Assembly (NCBI RefSeq): GCF_003367075.2
Contig: NZ_CP065936.1
Span: 720,001-752,000 of the forward strand
From: Cylindrospermopsis raciborskii Cr2010
Lineage (GTDB): Bacteria > Cyanobacteriota > Cyanobacteriia > Cyanobacteriales > Nostocaceae
Length of the DNA stretch: 32,000 nucleotides
Direction of reading: 5' to 3'
Made by a program: the position numbers and the translations under genes. The stretch's first letter is position 1, and the number at the start of each line of letters is the position of its first letter. Below are positions 16,763 through 24,204 of this stretch, piece by piece. The notes under the pieces are model-generated. The model saw only the letters and a list, made by a program, of their open reading frames with translations. It searched no databases and was not told the DNA's origin.

Positions 16763-16823
16763 TGTTTGAATAGGGGGGAGGGGGAATAGGGAGTATTGGG
16801 TCTCCCTATGACTGCTGGAAACT

Positions 16824-18137
16824 CTATCTAGCGATCGCTAAGGTTTTAACTGGGGAAAAATAGGCTGTTTGTTCAGCACGCAATCTATCACAAAGTCTAC
16901 CTGTAGGCAATTCGACATCGTTATAAGTGAGGACTTGATCTCGAGGAATATCTCGTATTAAACGACATCCTTGTGCTAGTCCCATGGGTAGTAAATTTTC
17001 CTGTTGCACAATGGAGGAATTTTCACATTGTCCATAGGTCATATAATAGCCAATACCATCAATTATTTCCCCTGCTTTTAAATCAATCTTGGCTGTGGCC
17101 ACCACATCAACTATAGGACCTGCTATGGGGGTTAAAACTGCATCATGTAATAACACTGCACGAGCTACAGAAATAGGAACTTCAAAATGACATAAGTGAT
17201 AGGGTGTATAGAAACTATAAAGAGGACCCTCGCCCAATTTATAGAGGTTCAAATAATGGCGTTGTTTGGGATCTTCGTGAGTAGCAAAAACAAATACTCC
17301 TGGACTGGGTTTTGCACCTACCACATAGTCTACAATTCCACCCAGTTCCCTAAGCTGATCTAGATCATACATTTTGGTCATTTCATCTACATGACCTGTA
17401 TATTCATATCCCAACATACCCCGCTTTGCTACCTTCATCCCCGTACCATTGGCTACAATTGCTTGCTCAAAGGAAATTTTTGTACCGTCAGCAAAACTTG
17501 TCACCATAGCTGGATTTTGTCCCCAACGTTGAGCAAAACCAGCTTGAGTGGTTGGATTGCGGTAGGGATCTTGTAATCCCTTAATATTTCCACATAATAG
17601 GGGGGTTAAACCAATGCTTTTAACAAAGCGATATAAATTCATTTCTACCCCTGGTTGATCCCCATCGCAAGCTGTGAAAACTACTCCAGCTCTATCAGCA
17701 TGAATTTTTAAAATCGGTCCCACTGTTCCATCTAGTTCCGCATTCATTAATATCACATGCTTTTGATGGGCGATCGCTCTGGTTACCAAATGAGCTGCAT
17801 ATTCTATGGTTCCAGTGACTTCAATAATTGCATCTATACCGTCTGCTTCACATAGCAACATGGCATCTTCGGTGATTGCATATCCATTTTGGGCGATGGA
17901 ATCTTCCAAATCTCCTAAATTATCCACAGTGCGGAAATTTTCGATTCCTGCTTCCAAATATGCTCGTTCTGCTGTTTGAATATGACGGTTAGCAATAGCT
18001 ACCAATTCCATTCCTGGAACAGAATTAATAATTTGATTAGCTATACCTCTCCCCATAAAACCAGCACCAATCATGGCAACTTTTACTGGTTTACCTAATT
18101 CAGCACGTGCTTGTAATGCTTGATCAACTATTATCAT
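16824..18137 (-). CDS. NAD(P)-dependent oxidoreductase, homoserine-dehydrogenase-like Rossmann domain with a C-terminal SAF-like domain
   Basis: It has the Rossmann motif VKVAMIGAGFMGRG. The overall length and layout resemble the predicted dehydrogenase-plus-SAF family. The ATG at 18137 is preceded by GGGAG; the track start at 18143 is TTG. Confidence 0.7.
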   Translation of the reverse strand: MIIVDQALQARAELGKPVKVAMIGAGFMGRGIANQIINSVPGMELVAIANRHIQTAERAYLEAGIENFRTVDNLGDLEDSIAQNGYAITEDAMLLCEADGIDAIIEVTGTIEYAAHLVTRAIAHQKHVILMNAELDGTVGPILKIHADRAGVVFTACDGDQPGVEMNLYRFVKSIGLTPLLCGNIKGLQDPYRNPTTQAGFAQRWGQNPAMVTSFADGTKISFEQAIVANGTGMKVAKRGMLGYEYTGHVDEMTKMYDLDQLRELGGIVDYVVGAKPSPGVFVFATHEDPKQRHYLNLYKLGEGPLYSFYTPYHLCHFEVPISVARAVLLHDAVLTPIAGPIVDVVATAKIDLKAGEIIDGIGYYMTYGQCENSSIVQQENLLPMGLAQGCRLIRDIPRDQVLTYNDVELPTGRLCDRLRAEQTAYFSPVKTLAIAR

Positions 18138-18197
18138 TTTCAACTCCCGGGAAACTCCGAATAATTTTTATACAAACTCTCAAAAAAGGTATGGGTA

Positions 18198-18743
18198 CTA
18201 GACACCTATTAACACAGATTCCAATAAAGGCCAACTAAGATCTTTCTGAGAAATTTCAGTCACATTCAAAGGCCAAACAATGTCTAAAATGGGATCATCA
18301 TAACGCAGACCTCGTTCATAACCAGGGGTGTAAAATTCACCAACTTGGTAAACAACTTCCGCGCCATCAGTTAGAGCTTGATACCCATGGGCAAACATTT
18401 CCGGTACATATAAAGCACGACGATTTGTTGCTGTTAGTTCGACGCCAATATATGATAGGTAGGTAGGAGATTCCGGACGCATATCCACAATCACATCATA
18501 AATTGCACCTTGAGTACAGCGAATTAATTTGGTTTCTGTTGCTGGTGTAATTTGGTAGTGCATTCCTCGCAGGGTGCCTTTTTGATGATTAAAAGATAAA
18601 TTACATTGGGCAACTGTTGGCTTTAAACCATGTTCAGCAAATTCTTGGGCGCAGAAAGTTCTGGCAAAAAAACCACGATGATCTGGTTTGTCTTCTAATT
18701 CGATAATGAAAGCACCAGCTAGACTTGTTTGGGTAAAAATCAT
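18198..18743 (-). CDS. NDP-4-dehydro-6-deoxyhexose 3,5-epimerase (RfbC/cupin family)
   Basis: It has HRGFFARTF, RGMHYQ, KLIRCTQGAIYDVIVDMR and FAHGYQAL, which are typical RfbC blocks. The ATG at 18743 gives a canonical 181-aa protein; the track GTG at 18812 adds an unsupported 23 aa. Confidence 0.85.
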   Translation of the reverse strand: MIFTQTSLAGAFIIELEDKPDHRGFFARTFCAQEFAEHGLKPTVAQCNLSFNHQKGTLRGMHYQITPATETKLIRCTQGAIYDVIVDMRPESPTYLSYIGVELTATNRRALYVPEMFAHGYQALTDGAEVVYQVGEFYTPGYERGLRYDDPILDIVWPLNVTEISQKDLSWPLLESVLIGV

Positions 18744-18825
18744 ATTTTTGAAAACTCTCGGTGAATTTGGATAAGCGAAAATGAAAACTTGATAGGGATG
18801 CTCTAACAACACACCCTAGAAAAAT

Positions 18826-19683
18826 TTACCGGGCTTTATTTGCAATTTCAGTCTTAAATTGCCCAGGGGGTTTGGTGAAGGTATGATCATGGTATTGAGT
18901 GCAAAGTTCCGGGCGTTTAGGAGTGTGAGAAGTGTAAACAAAAAATGCTGTAGAACGCTCTTCACTTCTAACTGTTCCGTGATGTAAAACATTTCTAGGA
19001 TCAACAAAAATTACAGTTCCTGCTTTTCCTGGACAAGATTTCCAGAATTTTTTAGGAATAACATTCATCATTTCTCGGTCATCAATTCCCAAAAAACCCG
19101 ACTTCCACAATCTATAATCGACCCGATAATAATTACACCATTCTCCAATATTACTGGGTAAAGGTATATATTCAAAAGGTCCATGTTCTTCCCCCACATC
19201 GTGTAAATAGACGATGATTTTAATCATCCGTCGATCTTCCGCATCCTTGTGCCACAGCAGAGTTTGTAGTTGCTGCTCATTTGGAAAATCCTTCCGCACA
19301 TGAACACCATGAAAAGCTATAGGTAACTCTATATAACTTTCAATGATATTCCTTAACCTAGATTCAATTCCCCAGGTAAAAAATTCCGGTAGATCTGTAA
19401 CCGTGTAAATTTGTGGTAAGCTATATCCCGACTCCACATTTCTGGGAGCTGATATCATCCCTGCATAACCCGTAGCACTTACCCACATTTGTGTGGTTGA
19501 TGGCATTCCTAAATCTGTGAGAGAAGTAATATAAACACCTTGCTGCTTTAAGGTTTCAGCAATTAATTTATCTTTTGGGGATAATACAGGTAAATGCTTT
19601 TTATATTTAGCCACAGATACCCGATAATTAAAATCCTCAGTAAAGGCGTTGAGTTGATCTTGCCAAGTATTAATCATCATCAT
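18826..19683 (-). CDS. Putative Fe(II)/2-oxoglutarate dioxygenase, PhyH-like
   Basis: It has LWHKDAED (HxD), IKIIVYLHDVGEEHGPFEYIP, and KAGTVIFVDPRNVLHHGTVRSEERS (distal His plus Arg). Order and spacing follow phytanoyl-CoA-dioxygenase-family enzymes. Confidence 0.55.
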   Translation of the reverse strand: MMMINTWQDQLNAFTEDFNYRVSVAKYKKHLPVLSPKDKLIAETLKQQGVYITSLTDLGMPSTTQMWVSATGYAGMISAPRNVESGYSLPQIYTVTDLPEFFTWGIESRLRNIIESYIELPIAFHGVHVRKDFPNEQQLQTLLWHKDAEDRRMIKIIVYLHDVGEEHGPFEYIPLPSNIGEWCNYYRVDYRLWKSGFLGIDDREMMNVIPKKFWKSCPGKAGTVIFVDPRNVLHHGTVRSEERSTAFFVYTSHTPKRPELCTQYHDHTFTKPPGQFKTEIANKAR

Positions 19684-19713
19684 TTAAACTAATAATTCAA
19701 CCCAGTAATTAAC

Positions 19714-20727
19714 TCACGAATCTTTATTGCGACGAAGAGAAGAAGTAGATATTTGCTGATTACAATCAGCAATTTTCAGTTCAGGAGCGGCCATAACTTC
19801 TACTGCGGAAACCGTAACTACAGCAAAAAAGGGAAGTATGGTTTGAATAGCAGAAATTGGCCATCTTCTTAAAGCACCTAGGAAAACTTTTGGATTAACT
19901 CCTCGCCAGTTCTGAATCATCATTCTGGCATAAAACTGTTTAGAATATCCATTTTCATGGAGCTTAGAAATCACCTCTGGTATGTGTTTATATTGCATTA
20001 ATAGTGCGGATTTAGGTTCCTTTTGCCAATAACTGACACCTACAATACATTCTAAAAAGTTTTCTTTGGTGACAATTACCTTTCCATGAGCTGCACAATA
20101 ACCCGCAAAATAGGCTAAAGAAATCCAGTTATTAATGGCATCCGGCCAAATTTGTAGAGCCTGTTTAACCAGATCAGCCCTATAAATTGAAGCTGTCAGA
20201 AATATTACTGCGCCCACACTTTTAGCAAGACAATGTTCAAAGATTGCCTTACCATTTCCCGCACCATCTTCCACATCAATATCAAACCAACGATTGCCAG
20301 AAATAGTGGGTGGATGAACTGCTTCCCCAGTAATTTTATTTCTTCCTGAAAAATTCAGAAACATTAAAGATAAGTCCTGGTGTTTTTGCAATTTATCTAT
20401 TACGTAACCAACAGTTCTATCTTGAATGGGATCATCATCACCAATTGTCCATACATATTTGGTAGTGGCGGAATTTAGACAGTAAATTATATTCCTCATC
20501 ACACCCAAATTGCTACTGTTTCTGTTAGATATAAAAGTTACAGAGCTGAGAATTTTCTGCCATTTTTTGATAACTTGCGGTGTATAATCACTGGAACAAT
20601 TGTCAGATACTAAGATTTCACAATCTTGTTCATAACCTTTAATAGCATGAGATAACCACTCCAATTGTTGATCCAGCAAATTTGCTCGATTATAGGTGGG
20701 AATGGCAATAGTCAGTAATTTACTCAT
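19714..20727 (-). CDS. Glycosyltransferase family 2
   Basis: It has LTIAIPTYNRANLL...ILVSDNCSSD and a DxD region WTIGDDDPIQ. Confidence 0.85.
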   Translation of the reverse strand: MSKLLTIAIPTYNRANLLDQQLEWLSHAIKGYEQDCEILVSDNCSSDYTPQVIKKWQKILSSVTFISNRNSSNLGVMRNIIYCLNSATTKYVWTIGDDDPIQDRTVGYVIDKLQKHQDLSLMFLNFSGRNKITGEAVHPPTISGNRWFDIDVEDGAGNGKAIFEHCLAKSVGAVIFLTASIYRADLVKQALQIWPDAINNWISLAYFAGYCAAHGKVIVTKENFLECIVGVSYWQKEPKSALLMQYKHIPEVISKLHENGYSKQFYARMMIQNWRGVNPKVFLGALRRWPISAIQTILPFFAVVTVSAVEVMAAPELKIADCNQQISTSSLRRNKDS

Positions 20728-20860
20728 GTAAAATAATTTCCCAAGTATGTTAATTAAACCAGAATTATTAGATCCCAGCAGTGATTTTGATGAAGATTTC
20801 CATAAGATTACTGCTTGGGACTTTTTGAAATATTAAAAAATTAATTCAAAAAACTAATTC

Positions 20861-21886
20861 CTAGCTATGCCAAAAAAAATTCTGATCGAGTTGTTGAGTA
20901 CGGATCAAATACTCCAGCTGCTTTAATCTGGTAAATCCTCTAAAAAGGAATGTATCCTCAGTCATGTCAATTTGCTGGAATAAATTCAATAACTGTTGGG
21001 CACCACGCTCCGCATTCCACTCACATTTGAATCCTGGTAATATTGTGTTGATCTTCTCGAAGGATACTCGATAACTACGATTATCCGCACCATTATTACC
21101 AAAGGTTAATTTACAATCTGGGAAGGTTGCTGCAATGATTTGGGCAATTTCTCGCACGCGATAATTATTTTGTGTATCTCCTACATTAAAAACCTGATTG
21201 TGAATAATATCCCTGGGTGCTTCCAAGACACAGACAATGGCTTTACAAATGTCCAAAGCATGAACTAAAGGTCGCCAAGGAGTACCATCACTAGTCATTT
21301 TAATTTCCTTGGTAGTCCAAGCTAACCCAGCTAAATTGTTTAAAACAATATCAAATCTCATGCGGGGGGAAGCTCCAAATGCTGTTGCATTGCGCATGAA
21401 GGTAGGGGAAAAATCATCATCAGCTAATAACTTAATATCCCTTTCCACCAAGGTTTTGCACTCAGCATAAGCTGTTTGAGGATTCACTGGTGATTCTTCT
21501 GTTACATCCCCATCAGTGGCAATTCCATAAACACTGCAAGAAGACATATAAACAAACCGACGCACTCCCATGGTTTTAGCCAAATTGGCCAATCGCACGG
21601 AACCTAAATGATTGATATCATAGGTAATATGGGGTGCCAATTGTCCTGTGGGATCATTAGAAAGTTCTGCTTTGTGAACTATAGCATCTACTCCCTCTAG
21701 GTCTTCTGGATTAATATTACGAATGTCTTTGTTGAGAGTTTTGACTGTTATTTCTGTACCGTTATATAACCAGCCAACTTTATAAAAACCCGTGTCTACT
21801 CCAATTACCTTATGACCTTTAGCAATTAATAAGGGAGGGAGCAATGAGCCTAAATATCCTTCTGTACCAGTGACTAATATTTTCAT
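20861..21886 (-). CDS. Extended-SDR NAD-dependent sugar epimerase/dehydratase
   Basis: It has MKILVTGTEGYLGS (GxxGxxG), SSCSVYG and YAECK (S...YxxxK catalytic set). Confidence 0.85.
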   Translation of the reverse strand: MKILVTGTEGYLGSLLPPLLIAKGHKVIGVDTGFYKVGWLYNGTEITVKTLNKDIRNINPEDLEGVDAIVHKAELSNDPTGQLAPHITYDINHLGSVRLANLAKTMGVRRFVYMSSCSVYGIATDGDVTEESPVNPQTAYAECKTLVERDIKLLADDDFSPTFMRNATAFGASPRMRFDIVLNNLAGLAWTTKEIKMTSDGTPWRPLVHALDICKAIVCVLEAPRDIIHNQVFNVGDTQNNYRVREIAQIIAATFPDCKLTFGNNGADNRSYRVSFEKINTILPGFKCEWNAERGAQQLLNLFQQIDMTEDTFLFRGFTRLKQLEYLIRTQQLDQNFFWHS

Positions 21887-21932
21887 AGTTTTCCTCTTGA
21901 TTTTGATTTGGGACTTTACTCCAGGCTTGTTT

Positions 21933-23141
21933 TTAAAAACACCTGATTAAATTTGCTGGTTCTGGTAATTGATTCACAATGGCCTTACCAATCTCTAAAG
22001 AAGATGTAGCTGCAGGTGATGGTGCATTGCAAACGTGAATAGAGTTTTTACCAGGAACGATTAAAAAGTCCTCTACCAGAGAACCATTATTCATTAATGC
22101 TTGAGCTCTAACCCCCGCATGGGTGGGTACTAAATCTTTCGCCTCCACTTCTGGAATCAGTTTTTGCAAACTTCTGACAAAAGCTGCTTTACTCCAGGAA
22201 CGTATCATTTCTTTGATTCCTTCATCAGCATGTTTGGCTGCTAGTTTCCAAAAACCAGGATAGGTAATGACTTCAGTTAGATCTCTTAGATCAAAATCGG
22301 TTTTTTTGTAACCTTCTCTTTTAAAACTCAAAACCGCATTTGGACCAGCGTGAACTGTGCCATCAATCATCCTGGTAAAATGTACACCCAAAAATGGGAA
22401 ATCTGGGTTAGGAACTGGATAAATAAGCGTTTTGACTAAAGAACGTTTTTCCGGTGTTAGTTCATAGTATTCTCCCCGAAAGGGAACGATTTTAGCTTGG
22501 GGATTTACCTGACCCAATTCCGCCAGGCGATCGCTATGTAGTCCACCACAGTTAATTACAAATCTAGTTTCAAAACTGCCTTTGGTAGTTTCTATTATCT
22601 GATTTTCGCCGCTTGGGTGTAGTTTTAAAACCCGGGTGTTAAGGCGTAAATCGCCTCCTTGATTTTGAATAATCTCCGCGTACTTGAGGCAAACTTGTTT
22701 GTAGTTGACAATCCCAGTAGAAGAGACTCGAATTGCTGCCAAGCAACTAAGATGAGGTTCAATTTCCCTTGCTTCTTGAGGACTAATTCTCTTCACGGGA
22801 ATACCATTATCTAAACCTCGCTGATAGAGGTTTTCTAATCTTGGTATTTCCTCGGGTTCTGTGGCGACAATAACCTTACCACAAATATCATGATCTATAT
22901 TATGTTCTCGACAAAATTCCACCATTGATCGACTGCCATCACGGCAGAATTTTGCTTTGAAACTACCGGGTTTGTAGTAAATACCAGAATGAATGACACC
23001 ACTATTGTTGCCAGTTTGATGAAATGCCCATTCCGCTTCTTTTTCTAGGACTAAAATCTTGGTCTGACCATAGCGTTTACCTAAAGCCATGGCCGTAGCT
23101 AGTCCTACTATTCCACCACCAATAATGGCAAAGTCATACAT
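21933..23141 (-). CDS. lhgO: FAD-dependent oxidase of the L-2-hydroxyglutarate oxidase (LhgO) family
   Basis: It has MYDFAIIGGGIVGLATAMAL...LEKE...HQTGNNSGVIHSGIYYKPGSFKAKFC. From memory, this closely parallels the N-terminus of E. coli LhgO/YgaF. Confidence 0.7.
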   Translation of the reverse strand: MYDFAIIGGGIVGLATAMALGKRYGQTKILVLEKEAEWAFHQTGNNSGVIHSGIYYKPGSFKAKFCRDGSRSMVEFCREHNIDHDICGKVIVATEPEEIPRLENLYQRGLDNGIPVKRISPQEAREIEPHLSCLAAIRVSSTGIVNYKQVCLKYAEIIQNQGGDLRLNTRVLKLHPSGENQIIETTKGSFETRFVINCGGLHSDRLAELGQVNPQAKIVPFRGEYYELTPEKRSLVKTLIYPVPNPDFPFLGVHFTRMIDGTVHAGPNAVLSFKREGYKKTDFDLRDLTEVITYPGFWKLAAKHADEGIKEMIRSWSKAAFVRSLQKLIPEVEAKDLVPTHAGVRAQALMNNGSLVEDFLIVPGKNSIHVCNAPSPAATSSLEIGKAIVNQLPEPANLIRCF

Positions 23142-23169
23142 GATTATTTTTCCCTTAAATCACCATCAA

Positions 23170-23946
23170 TTATGCCCACACCTTCCAAGGAGCTTGATTA
23201 TTTTTCCACAAATCTTCCAGGTAGTTTTTATCTCTTAAAGTATCCATTGGCTGCCAAAATCCCTGATGTTTAAAAGCTGACAGTTGTTCCATATCCGCTA
23301 ATTTTTCTAGTGGTTCCTTTTCCCAAACCGTACTTTCATCAGCAATAAAATTAATTACCTCTGGTTCTAGGACAAAATAACCACCATTAATCCAAGCACC
23401 ATCACCCTCTGGCTTTTCTTTAAAACTGGTAATTTTAGTTTGTTCTTGTCCTAGGGAAATTGCCCCAAATCTTCCTGCTGGTTGGACAGCACTAAGGGTG
23501 GCTAAGGTTTTTTGGCTTTGGTGAAAATTAATTAGTTCCGTAATATTAATATTGCTGACACCATCTCCATAGGTAAAACAGAAAGTTTCGTTACCAATAT
23601 GTTCTCTCACTTTCTTTAGTCTACCACCTGTCATGGTATTATCGCCCGTATTTACCAAAGTAACCCGCCATGGTTCTGCATATCCGGAATGGATACTCAT
23701 TTGATTAAATCTCATATCAAAAGTTACGTCTGACATGTGGAGGAAGTAGTTGGCAAAATACTCCTTAATAATGTAACCCTTGTATCCACAACAAATGATA
23801 AAATCATTAATACCATGAGCTGAATATATTTTCATAATATGCCAAAGAATTGGCTTGCCACCCACTTCTACCATTGGCTTAGGTCTAATACTAGTTTCTT
23901 CACTCAGACGCGTTCCTAAACCACCAGCTAGAATTACTGCTTTCAT
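23170..23946 (-). CDS. rfbF: Glucose-1-phosphate cytidylyltransferase
   Basis: It has MKAVILAGGLGTRLSEETSIRPKPMVEVGGKPILWHIMKIYSAHGINDFIICCGYKG and a C-terminal WQPMDTLRDK...W. This is characteristic of RfbF rather than RmlA. Confidence 0.9.
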   Translation of the reverse strand: MKAVILAGGLGTRLSEETSIRPKPMVEVGGKPILWHIMKIYSAHGINDFIICCGYKGYIIKEYFANYFLHMSDVTFDMRFNQMSIHSGYAEPWRVTLVNTGDNTMTGGRLKKVREHIGNETFCFTYGDGVSNINITELINFHQSQKTLATLSAVQPAGRFGAISLGQEQTKITSFKEKPEGDGAWINGGYFVLEPEVINFIADESTVWEKEPLEKLADMEQLSAFKHQGFWQPMDTLRDKNYLEDLWKNNQAPWKVWA

Positions 23947-24133
23947 GCAAATACCTCTGATTTATTTGATTTAACTATTTGCCAGCACGACAAGTTATGG
24001 GAATTAAATAGATGGGATTTTGCTTGGTTTCCCTTTCTGATGGAACATAATAGTAATCTAGCGAAAAAAAACGGGACTGTTTATAAAGAGTCAGTAAATT
24101 TAGGGTAAGCCTTGAAATAAGATAATTGTCAAC

Positions 24134-24173
24134 AAAAAAACAAGGAGACAGCTACTAGATATCTATCTCCTTG
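24134..24173 (-). terminator. Rho-independent terminator after the kinase gene
   Basis: The minus-strand RNA reads CAAGGAGA-N17-UCUCCUUG followed by UUUUUUU, 31 nt after the stop at 24205. The loop is long, though it contains its own palindrome TAGATATCTA. Confidence 0.5.
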
Positions 24174-24204
24174 GTGAGGAAAATATTATTTTTCTTACTA
24201 CATT

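Noticed and set aside
18744-18812. A 23-codon N-terminal extension of the RfbC-like ORF (GTG at 18812), and the overlapping 63-aa ORF at 18816-19007
   Set aside because: RfbC-family proteins begin close to the MIFTQTSLAGAFII... segment, so the extension (MLLEHPYQVFIFAYPNSPRVFKN) is unsupported. The 63-aa ORF is out of frame inside the PhyH-like gene.
23947-24133. A possible NtcA box (GTA-N8-TAC) upstream of the rfbF-like first gene of the array
   Set aside because: Only partial matches are present (for example GTAAATTTAGGGTA lacks the TAC arm). I cannot support an NtcA site from the sequence.
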